Below are positions 55,650-64,000 of a stretch of DNA of 64,000 nt, in pieces. The translations under genes and the position numbers were made by a program. The notes under the pieces were generated by a model. That model ran no database searches and had not been told where the DNA came from. It worked only from the letters and a program-made list of their open reading frames with translations. Origin of the DNA: a virus; IMG/VR virus record IMGVR_UViG_3300042991_001118, positions 52,167 to 116,166 of that record. One strand, given 5' to 3'. Within the stretch, counting starts at the first letter, position 1, and each line of letters opens with the position of its first letter.

Positions 55650-58600
55650 TTAATAACTCCTGGCAACATATTCTAGTTTATGCCATAAATGCTTCATTTC
55701 TAAAGCCGACAAGTGGGAACACTCCTGATTCAACAACCGACCAATTTTAGCCTTATGCTGTCTGTGTACCATTTCAACTAAAGGGTATTTTTGAAGCAAC
55801 ATCGACAATGTCTTATCGACCCTTTCGCTCGCGACATCGGGCGATGTTCCAGCCTTATTCTCTATATCAGTAGTAGCTTCACCTGGGATGCTATCCTCTG
55901 TTTCATCCGGCACAGACGGTTCTTCTAATGGTTCAGGTTCCGTCGTAGAAGCGACTTCTGCTCCAATGCCAGACTCGACTGGTTCTGGTGCTTTAGGAAA
56001 TTCTTGAGTAAATTTCTCGTGAACATCCGAAAAATCAGACGCGGCCTTTTTTAATTCATCAGACGTTGCTAAAATCTGTTCTGAAAATTTCTCTAAACTA
56101 TCAGTCGTTTTCTTTCCCTGATCAATGCTTTTCAACAAAGCGGTTGCCTTCCCTATAATCCCTTGGAACTCCACAATGGATTTCATCGCGGCACCAAGAA
56201 GGGAAATTCCATCCGCAAAAGTGTTCGATATCACAGTAATCTCTTCACCTTCAGGGACTGACAACTGTTCAAAAAGCGTTCCATTCGGGTTAATCTCTAG
56301 TGCTGAATACGCCGGAACAATCTGCACAGAAACCGCAGCAAGAGACTCTACCAAATCGCGATATCGTGAATTACTAAGATTGGATATCGGAACCACAGCA
56401 GTCGTCCCATTTACGATATATCCAGAATTCTCTCGAACAATGGATTCAATTTTGAATTTCCCGACATTCTCTCTCAGATATGCGACAAGATATCTACGCT
56501 TTGTTTCTGATACATCTCGAAATTTTTGCAAATCCACAGACCGTATTGGCGTTGCCTGTACACGGCTGTACAGCCTCCGCCTTGCGATTTCTCTTAGCAT
56601 TCTTGGATTTCTAGCCATTTCATAAAGACAAGAGACTATAGAGGCATTCCCTGGGATTAAACGGACATGCTCAGACGAAATTTTACGTTTACCCGATTCC
56701 GTGCTTACTTCACATATTGTCCCTAAATTTGACAAGAGAATAGCTTCGGATTCCTGCTCAATGGGATTTTCGTAATCAATCTCAACAGAAGTTGTGTCCA
56801 TCTCTGGTGCAATTTCTATCGTAACATCACTTTTTTGTGGATTCTCGCCCATCGCGATTTCTGCCGTAGGATTTTCTGCTGCGACATCAGACACGCTAAA
56901 AATAGACTCAATCGCAGCGACAATGGTTTCCTCTGAGGCTTCAGGACAAATTGCTTTTGCCTTTTCTATAAGCAAAGCGTTTTCGACATCACTGTGTACC
57001 AAATCTAAAAATTCAGGATTACTGGTCAATTTCTGTATCACGTCATCGAGTCCAATTTCCTTTAAAGAATCAGGATTTTCTGTCGTGATAGGGGTTGTTG
57101 CTGTTGCGATGGCAGAGGCCGTTGCCACGGTTTCTACACCAGACATTGTTTCCTGTGCCGCCTGCATTTCTGGCGAAGTCTTAATCGCGACAACTTGGGT
57201 ATTCCCAGAGGCTGCAACAATTGGAGTTATCTCTGCCTGTTGAATTTCTTGCTCAAAAAGGAACCGATTAGAAAGACTCGATGTCCGGATTTGTCCGATT
57301 CCAAATCCCAATTCTTGTGGAGTATAGCTTCCAAGAACAGGAGATGACAAAGCCAAAGACAAAGCCTCGTGCATTCTTCCCTGAGAAATCTTTGATACTA
57401 TCCGGGGATTCTCAAGAATTCTTGAACAACACATACCCTGAGAAGCCGTTTTCAGAACATTGAAAGCCTCTATAATATCAGATTTATGGCATTTTTTACG
57501 TCCAATTTTTTGAAACAGATTTAATTCTTTGGAAGTAATTGGTGTCTTACTCTCTATGAGCAATGCCCGTTTATATCCCAGGAACTTCTTTATATTGTTT
57601 CGACACAATGATTCAACAGCACCTGCTGTACCTTCTTCTGGAACAGGTACGCCTCCTTTTTCTTCCGGAGGAGCGTCTTGTTGTTCTGGTACTTTTTCTT
57701 CGTCTTCATCATCTTCATCGTCTTTAGAATCCACATTAACAGGTTCTTCATCTTCAATTCCAGCATTCAACTGGTCAACCTCGTTTTGCAAAATCTTCGC
57801 GGCGATTTTCTTCGCGGTCTGCTTGTCGATAACATTTCCGTTAATTACGATATCCCCAGGATTTCCGCTTTCTCCATTATCTCCAGATTCAGAAGAATAC
57901 TCTGTTGGTGTAGCGTTTTCAGCTTCTGGAGAAACAGCATCGCTAGTCCCTGACATATCTTCTTCATGAAGCCGTTTTCTCCTAGACTTTATCATGCTAA
58001 CCCCTTCTTTCAAAACTTGCGCTTTTACTTTTTTATAATCTTGCGGCGGTTTATTATTGGTATAATCTTCCGATTTCAGCCAATTCTGAATTTTTCCCAT
58101 AAAATTGGATACATGTTTTTTCCCAGAAAATTTTTCTTTCCATTTTTCTATATCTGATTCATTAAAAATCTTCTCGTAAGCAAGAATTTGCAGCAAAATT
58201 CCAAATCCTGCTTCGACTTTTTGTTCTACATTTGGAAGATTATCATAAGAATCAGATAAAATTTCTATTATTTTTTTATCAGATTTTAAAATAGATATAC
58301 AATGAAAAAGATCAAGAGGATTATCAAATAATAAAAAAAATATTGCTAAGTTTCTGATATAATTATGGCGAGACTCTAACATCCCTTTATACAACTTAGC
58401 TCTAGCTTGTCCCGAAAAAGCATCTATTACGGTATATAAAAGTTTATACCTTTTTTCATTATGTGTTTTTTCTATAATTTCTGTCGCAATATACTCATCA
58501 ATCTCAAGAATCGCGGATATTGTTTTTTCCACATCCCGGCTATCTAGAATCAAGTCTTTTTCCACCACATTAGATAACTCTACGTCAAGATTATTCATTT

Positions 58601-61600
58601 TTAAACTATCTTCTTCTATATTTTGCGCAATGATAGCTTCTATAAAATCAGCTAATCCATGAGTATCCTTTTTATCGCCTGTATAGCCTCTAGCTTTCTT
58701 TGTATCATCTTTACCTTCCTCTGTATCATCTTCACCTTCCTCTGTATCATCTTCACCTTCCTCTGTATCATCTTCACCTTCCTCTGTATCATCTTCACCT
58801 TCCTCTGTATTGGCTTCATCACTAATAACAAAAGAATCCCCAAAATCACACTCTTTTCGTATAAAATCAGCGTCATCTTCTGAAACAGAATTGTTCCCTA
58901 CTAGTATCTCTTCAAATATACTTTCAAAATCTGCAAAATTTGATTTTATAATATTAGAAAAATTCCTAACTCTATCCCTATTCTTGGATAAAAGCTCTTT
59001 TAATGTCTTAACAGCTAAATCTTTAGCTTCCTTACGCGGAAAAACTTCATTCCCAAAAGCAGCATCTATAGCCGCAAATTTAACATCTAAATCACCAGAA
59101 TTAGAAGCATCCTCAATAGATTGCAATATATACTGTCTATCACGAGATTCTGCAATATGTTGAGCTACAATAGCTGCCTTGTCATCACTAGGAATATTCT
59201 CATTCTCCATGGACTTGGAATGTATTTCCTGCTTCTGCTCTGGTGGTACCTCTTTATCTGTAACCATACTTTTCACAAAGTCAGTTTTTTCTTTCGTAGT
59301 GATATCTTCTGCATCCATGATTTTATCAAATACATTAGGATTTTTCGCAGCCGCCTTAAGAAATTTTTTAGGTTCTCTCTTCTGAACTCCTGGCGCACAT
59401 CCCGGGAATTCTTCTAAAGCATTACCCATATCTTCTATAGAAAGACCACTTATTCCTTTCTCAACATCTTTCTTCGCCGAAGGAGATTGAGCAACAACAT
59501 CTAAAACTACTGGAGGGTTCCATGTTATAAAATCTTTGACGACTACGTTACCAATACCTACTTGAACACCTTTTGCTATCATATTCTGAGCATGTTCTGT
59601 TGTAGAATTCGTAGTTACATATTTTCTGAAATCAGACAGACTAATTCCTGCTACATCAAAAAATTCTGCTGGTGTTAATTTGAAATAATCTGCGCGAGTA
59701 GACGCAACTCCGCCTCGCGTTGAAGATGGAACAGTGTATACATGCCGTACCCACCAATTTTCAAGACCATCTAGAAAAATCAATTCCAAATTCCAGGCAG
59801 ATTGCAACGGGGTATCCTCGACATTTATTAAATATCCTGCTGGCAATGATGACTGGATAGACTGTTCTAATTCTCTAATTGCATTTTCTGTGTATATAGC
59901 AGCATCTTTATATTTTTCGTTCTTTATAAACTCTTGCTGTGTTTTCTCCAATTCTTCCCTAGCATCAATAATCTTCTTTACCACATCTGCTAGAGGGAAA
60001 AGACTCTTAGACGATGGCGGACGCTGATCGGTGGGGAAAATATTATAATCGCCAACTAGATTACCAAGGATAGAAGCCACTTTATTTTTAAATTTTTGGA
60101 AAATATTAGAGTCTCCAATTACAGGAAAATTCTCCAATTTTTTCAAAAATTCTACCTTACCGAACGCGACTTCTCCACCGCGAAAAGCATAAACATATCT
60201 CGGATATTTTTTAGCTGTGGTTTGTGCAACAATAATACTGCCAGACTGTACCAAACTTTTAGCGTCAGAAGGAACTACCTTTTTTTTACTCAAAAAACCA
60301 GAAAGCCATCCGCCAATGGTTCCTACTGCTAATGTCGTAAACCAAATAATCCCAGTAGTAGTCAAGAAATCAAAAAATTCTAATATTTTTCCATGTTTTC
60401 TTGTGCAACTTTCCTGCAATATTGTAGGGAGGCTAGTGTAAGTTTCACTGCTTTTATCAAGTACAATATTTGTATATTGATCATTTGAGAAATCAACATT
60501 AGAAAAATTATTTTTCAGATCTGGAATGATATTAGGATTTACTTCCCGAACAACCCTGATAAATTTCACATTAACTGGGGATTTAGTGTTCAATGGGAAA
60601 GAGAACTTGAAAACATATTCCAAATGCAACTGCGAATAATCTCCGACCCTGAAAAATTCTTTATTTAATGCCTTTATTAAAAAACCAAGCATAAAATCTG
60701 TTGCTTTTAATCCAGTAACTTTCGCTACGTTGAGCACACTCCAAAATCGACATTTCAAAGAAAAAACAACATAAATTTCAGGAGTATATTGCGACTTCGT
60801 TTCATTATATTTAGATATAAGTTCTTCTGCATCCACATTCCCTATAACACGCGCCGAAATATCAACAGCCTTGTCTGTTAAATTTTTAACAGACAATTCG
60901 CTGAATGGGTAATTATCTGGAGACATATTTTTAAAATCTATAACCATTCTATTAAATTTTGTAATATTCTCCTGTTTCTTTACCCACTCTGGATTTTCCC
61001 TATCTCCCTTTCTAGTAGGAACTCCAGTAGTATCTATGTCGTAAATTGAATTCTTGTCCTTTAACATACTAGGATTAGAATTCATATCTAATAACAAATC
61101 CAGAAGATTAGAATCTTGTTGTGTTTTTGACAGTGTATCTTTTAAAAAGGGGGCGTTTATTATTGCTAATAAATCATCCCTTAATTGTCTATAACAAAGA
61201 GAATTTAGTTCGGAGAACAATCCAGCAATACAAGAATATGCAAGTTTATAATGTTCAGACACAATTTTCATAACACCAGCATTCTCAATTGCTATAATAG
61301 CTGGTTGCAAAGAAGATTTTAAATTTGAGATATCAACCAAAAGATCACTTCTTAAATTATTAAAAGATCTCTCAATCTCCTTTGCCTTTATCTCTTTTTG
61401 CGAAACAGCCTGATCAATTGCCCTTTGGAATTTTAGAAGTTCAGAGTTGGACGATTTTTTTAATTCATCCTCGCGATCTTCTGCCGCCGAAATAAGTCTC
61501 TTTTCTACATCGTTAATTTGTATCTGAAATGCTTCTGGAGATTTAATTGTGTCTAAATCAACAAGTGCATCTACCATCTCTAACTTACCATCTTTATATG

Positions 61601-62219
61601 TATAACTTCCATCAGTATCTGCTTTTGGTACTTTATACTTTACAGAATATGCACTTTTGACCTTATCAACAAAATTTTCCCCAGTTTTTATAAGTTTTCC
61701 AGCGTCAGCAGCCTTAATCCTTATAATTTCTTCCGTCAAAGATGGTGTGGCATTCATCAGGACATGCAGTTTGTCTAGCAATTCCGGAGACGAAGACTGA
61801 ATTCGATTCTCCTTTAAAGCCTTCTCGTATCCCTCGTCAGAAAAAGAATAACGCAAATGCCTCTCAACGACCTTCGGATCGTAAACCTCACATAAAGATT
61901 GGAGATACGTCAAGGGAAGCCCTGCGTCCTCAACTCTCGGCAAATCGGATTCAATTTTGTTTTCACGAAGATAAGATTTTAAATCAAATGGCGCACACGA
62001 CCCTAATAAGGACCGTATTGCCTTTTGATTCTTCACGGAGCATTTTTTATATGCCTGTAGCAATCCAGGACTACTGTTCTGTATGGCACCCTCAAATAGG
62101 GCATCATTAAGAAGAACAGCCTCGTCAATTTCCTGGTCGCTAGACTGCAAACTAGCATATATCTGCCCGACCAAATGGTACAAAGAAATCTTCATTTCTT
62201 TCCCTTCTTTCTTAATCAC
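55650..62219 (-). CDS. 2189-aa putative prohead core/internal protein
   Basis: Single long ORF; acidic tracts; many hydrophobic-x-E motifs; one TM-like segment. Confidence 0.7.
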   Translation of the reverse strand: MIKKEGKEMKISLYHLVGQIYASLQSSDQEIDEAVLLNDALFEGAIQNSSPGLLQAYKKCSVKNQKAIRSLLGSCAPFDLKSYLRENKIESDLPRVEDAGLPLTYLQSLCEVYDPKVVERHLRYSFSDEGYEKALKENRIQSSSPELLDKLHVLMNATPSLTEEIIRIKAADAGKLIKTGENFVDKVKSAYSVKYKVPKADTDGSYTYKDGKLEMVDALVDLDTIKSPEAFQIQINDVEKRLISAAEDREDELKKSSNSELLKFQRAIDQAVSQKEIKAKEIERSFNNLRSDLLVDISNLKSSLQPAIIAIENAGVMKIVSEHYKLAYSCIAGLFSELNSLCYRQLRDDLLAIINAPFLKDTLSKTQQDSNLLDLLLDMNSNPSMLKDKNSIYDIDTTGVPTRKGDRENPEWVKKQENITKFNRMVIDFKNMSPDNYPFSELSVKNLTDKAVDISARVIGNVDAEELISKYNETKSQYTPEIYVVFSLKCRFWSVLNVAKVTGLKATDFMLGFLIKALNKEFFRVGDYSQLHLEYVFKFSFPLNTKSPVNVKFIRVVREVNPNIIPDLKNNFSNVDFSNDQYTNIVLDKSSETYTSLPTILQESCTRKHGKILEFFDFLTTTGIIWFTTLAVGTIGGWLSGFLSKKKVVPSDAKSLVQSGSIIVAQTTAKKYPRYVYAFRGGEVAFGKVEFLKKLENFPVIGDSNIFQKFKNKVASILGNLVGDYNIFPTDQRPPSSKSLFPLADVVKKIIDAREELEKTQQEFIKNEKYKDAAIYTENAIRELEQSIQSSLPAGYLINVEDTPLQSAWNLELIFLDGLENWWVRHVYTVPSSTRGGVASTRADYFKLTPAEFFDVAGISLSDFRKYVTTNSTTEHAQNMIAKGVQVGIGNVVVKDFITWNPPVVLDVVAQSPSAKKDVEKGISGLSIEDMGNALEEFPGCAPGVQKREPKKFLKAAAKNPNVFDKIMDAEDITTKEKTDFVKSMVTDKEVPPEQKQEIHSKSMENENIPSDDKAAIVAQHIAESRDRQYILQSIEDASNSGDLDVKFAAIDAAFGNEVFPRKEAKDLAVKTLKELLSKNRDRVRNFSNIIKSNFADFESIFEEILVGNNSVSEDDADFIRKECDFGDSFVISDEANTEEGEDDTEEGEDDTEEGEDDTEEGEDDTEEGKDDTKKARGYTGDKKDTHGLADFIEAIIAQNIEEDSLKMNNLDVELSNVVEKDLILDSRDVEKTISAILEIDEYIATEIIEKTHNEKRYKLLYTVIDAFSGQARAKLYKGMLESRHNYIRNLAIFFLLFDNPLDLFHCISILKSDKKIIEILSDSYDNLPNVEQKVEAGFGILLQILAYEKIFNESDIEKWKEKFSGKKHVSNFMGKIQNWLKSEDYTNNKPPQDYKKVKAQVLKEGVSMIKSRRKRLHEEDMSGTSDAVSPEAENATPTEYSSESGDNGESGNPGDIVINGNVIDKQTAKKIAAKILQNEVDQLNAGIEDEEPVNVDSKDDEDDEDEEKVPEQQDAPPEEKGGVPVPEEGTAGAVESLCRNNIKKFLGYKRALLIESKTPITSKELNLFQKIGRKKCHKSDIIEAFNVLKTASQGMCCSRILENPRIVSKISQGRMHEALSLALSSPVLGSYTPQELGFGIGQIRTSSLSNRFLFEQEIQQAEITPIVAASGNTQVVAIKTSPEMQAAQETMSGVETVATASAIATATTPITTENPDSLKEIGLDDVIQKLTSNPEFLDLVHSDVENALLIEKAKAICPEASEETIVAAIESIFSVSDVAAENPTAEIAMGENPQKSDVTIEIAPEMDTTSVEIDYENPIEQESEAILLSNLGTICEVSTESGKRKISSEHVRLIPGNASIVSCLYEMARNPRMLREIARRRLYSRVQATPIRSVDLQKFRDVSETKRRYLVAYLRENVGKFKIESIVRENSGYIVNGTTAVVPISNLSNSRYRDLVESLAAVSVQIVPAYSALEINPNGTLFEQLSVPEGEEITVISNTFADGISLLGAAMKSIVEFQGIIGKATALLKSIDQGKKTTDSLEKFSEQILATSDELKKAASDFSDVHEKFTQEFPKAPEPVESGIGAEVASTTEPEPLEEPSVPDETEDSIPGEATTDIENKAGTSPDVASERVDKTLSMLLQKYPLVEMVHRQHKAKIGRLLNQECSHLSALEMKHLWHKLEYVARSY
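58701..58810. repeat. 21-bp tandem repeat, 5 copies plus partial (EEGEDDT)
   Basis: Unit tgtatcatcttcaccttcctc. Confidence 0.95.
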
Positions 62220-63315
62220 TCATACTATTAACTAAGGCATCCAAATCGATATCCTTAGCAGCCTGATCTAAAACAGTATCGCTTTTTATCCCAATATCCC
62301 CAGCAATACTTGTATCTGACGATATTGTATCATTTTGTCCAGAATTTTTCATCAAATTTGTTGTTTTTTCTTCACGATAAATCGCAATACACCAGACATC
62401 ATCATCCTGTTCCGAAGACACCAACATCGCTGTACTATATTTCTGCTTAATCGTCATGAGGATAAACTCAATCTCTAATTTCTTCAAGATTGGGTCAAAA
62501 CAGAGAACAAGTCCAGTTTCCTCCTCATCGATTACCACATCGCACAAAGCGTCCAACATGTCAATTAAAACTAAACTCTGGATGACCTTATCCAGAACCT
62601 CATCAGCCGTCTCGTTCTCAATAGACTCTTTAAGAGAATTCCTGCTTAAATAATGCTTGTGTTCTGAGGAAAAATAAAACTCTGCACCACAAGACTCCAC
62701 GATAAAATCTGGAACAAAGACAACCTCGTCTACCTGAAAAAAATCCCTAAAAACACCAGGCAATGAATCTGGAACCCTACCCTGGTCTTTAAATCCAGTA
62801 AGGCGTAATTTATTATCCGAGAAGGTATAAATCGAACTGACATCCTTTGTGGATGAATAGACGACGATCTTGGCAGGATGAGAAACGTAAAAAATCATCT
62901 GGACATCATTTGGCAATGGATCCGAGGAAAAATAAACCTTCATAGCATGTTTAAATTGCTCAGAAAGTAACGTAAAGATGAATTGACCATCTCTTGTAAA
63001 AAGCACTCGCAATTCCCTACAAAAATCCTGGTATAGATTTGTCGGGAATGCCGATAACGTATTTAAGAAATAATCAAAATTTTGAGAGATAACTTCTGCG
63101 GACCCACGAAAAGTCTTATTCAATGCAGCATATTTACGAAAATCGTTGTCCCCCGTCACGGATATCGTCTTGGGCTTAGAGGACGCACAAATCGCGACAC
63201 TCATGTTCGCGTTCTCTCCATTCAGCACAGGAAGCGTAAGGTTTACTTCTGGGTTGTCCTTTTGGAGAAGCTCGTAAACAGCTTGTCCTTTGTTAAAAAT
63301 CGAAAATATGTCCAC
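62212..63315 (-). CDS. hypothetical protein, possibly head-associated
   Basis: RBS AGGAG; FIVES and SLKES motifs. Confidence 0.6.
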   Translation of the reverse strand: MDIFSIFNKGQAVYELLQKDNPEVNLTLPVLNGENANMSVAICASSKPKTISVTGDNDFRKYAALNKTFRGSAEVISQNFDYFLNTLSAFPTNLYQDFCRELRVLFTRDGQFIFTLLSEQFKHAMKVYFSSDPLPNDVQMIFYVSHPAKIVVYSSTKDVSSIYTFSDNKLRLTGFKDQGRVPDSLPGVFRDFFQVDEVVFVPDFIVESCGAEFYFSSEHKHYLSRNSLKESIENETADEVLDKVIQSLVLIDMLDALCDVVIDEEETGLVLCFDPILKKLEIEFILMTIKQKYSTAMLVSSEQDDDVWCIAIYREEKTTNLMKNSGQNDTISSDTSIAGDIGIKSDTVLDQAAKDIDLDALVNSMSD

Positions 63316-63332
63316 AACAACTCCTTTAACAT

Positions 63333-63983
63333 TTAAATAACGTAGTGCATTTCTCTAATTTTCCATCCATATGATTTATATTTTTTCTCAATATTGTTTA
63401 ATTCACGATTCGCATCATCAATAAGTTTTTTAGCACGAGATATGTGATTTTCTTTTGCTACTCCCTTAAATTTGGGCCAATGAGAATCAACATATTTTTT
63501 AACAGAAGCAACCTCCTCTTCAAATTTTTTTCTAGCAGATTCCTTCTCATCCTTTTCCTTCTGACTCCATCCGAATATCTCATTTAACTCAACAGACTCA
63601 GCCTGTACACTCGCCTGCATAGAATTCAATGCCTTGGTCTTTCTAGCCTCTATCTCCGCTAATCTCTCTTTAAACTTCTGCTCTTCCAATTCCATTTCTT
63701 CTCTGGTTGATGCAATATTATTCTGGAACTCAGTTTTCATCTTGTTCCATTCAGATTTCAACATCAATATCTCATTTTTATATCTTGCCATGACGATTGC
63801 GCGTTCTTTATCTTCAAAAAGCAACCCACATGGAAACTCTGCTAAAAGTGATTTTCCATGTGATTTTTGGGACAAACTCAATGATTCTTGAAGCTGCACA
63901 AAATCTGTCATGTCATTATAACACCTGATTACGCAATCTTTCTTAGGAATAAATCCACATGATTGCTTCAATCCCCTAAACAA
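63333..63983 (-). CDS. coiled-coil protein, possibly head-associated
   Basis: LQES, LFED, LNE motifs; 5' end near the window edge. Confidence 0.55.
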   Translation of the reverse strand: MFRGLKQSCGFIPKKDCVIRCYNDMTDFVQLQESLSLSQKSHGKSLLAEFPCGLLFEDKERAIVMARYKNEILMLKSEWNKMKTEFQNNIASTREEMELEEQKFKERLAEIEARKTKALNSMQASVQAESVELNEIFGWSQKEKDEKESARKKFEEEVASVKKYVDSHWPKFKGVAKENHISRAKKLIDDANRELNNIEKKYKSYGWKIREMHYVI

Positions 63984-64000
63984 TGCACCGATAATTCGCT

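Noticed and set aside
58701-58810. Tandem repeats (here and at 11819-11937) as CRISPR arrays
   Set aside because: No spacers; both are in-frame coding repeats
251-63891. Many plus-strand ORFs in the track
   Set aside because: They are antisense shadows of well-supported minus-strand genes and show no recognisable motifs
1-64000. Stop-codon reassignment, tRNA/rRNA genes, integrase
   Set aside because: Core genes are full length in the standard code with all three stops used; intergenic gaps are short and no such genes were recognised

Overview
This window is a 64-kb piece of a large, AT-rich, T4-like (myovirus) phage genome; nearly all genes are on the minus strand, so transcription runs right to left. 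In that order it carries: large putative prohead-core/internal proteins (including a 2189-aa protein), gp21-like protease/scaffold, gp23-like major capsid, neck, decoration and fibre proteins, sheath, tube, tail chaperone(s), tape measure, baseplate (gp53/gp27/gp5/gp25/gp6-like) and fibres. Next come a gp32-like SSB, an SF2 helicase, an intein-containing terminase, a gp20-like portal, HU-like and head-morphogenesis proteins. The accessory arm holds small membrane proteins, a host-type signalling pair (FHA-GAF-PP2C-like protein plus Ser/Thr kinase), C5 and N6 DNA methyltransferases, an atypical thymidylate kinase and a QueC-like protein. Highlights: (1) the kinase has lost the beta3 Lys and alphaC Glu but has a Lys in the Gly-rich loop at the position used by eukaryotic WNK kinases, and its partner has degenerate FHA and PP2C sites; (2) one ~70-aa module (PxxPxS...DxGxG...(D/N)YxxG...F) recurs about 13 times in 7 proteins (capsid, sheath, baseplate and a stand-alone gene); (3) a candidate +1 frameshift (UUU UUU CGG) in the tail chaperone. 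All calls come from motif recognition and synteny by eye; no searches were run.
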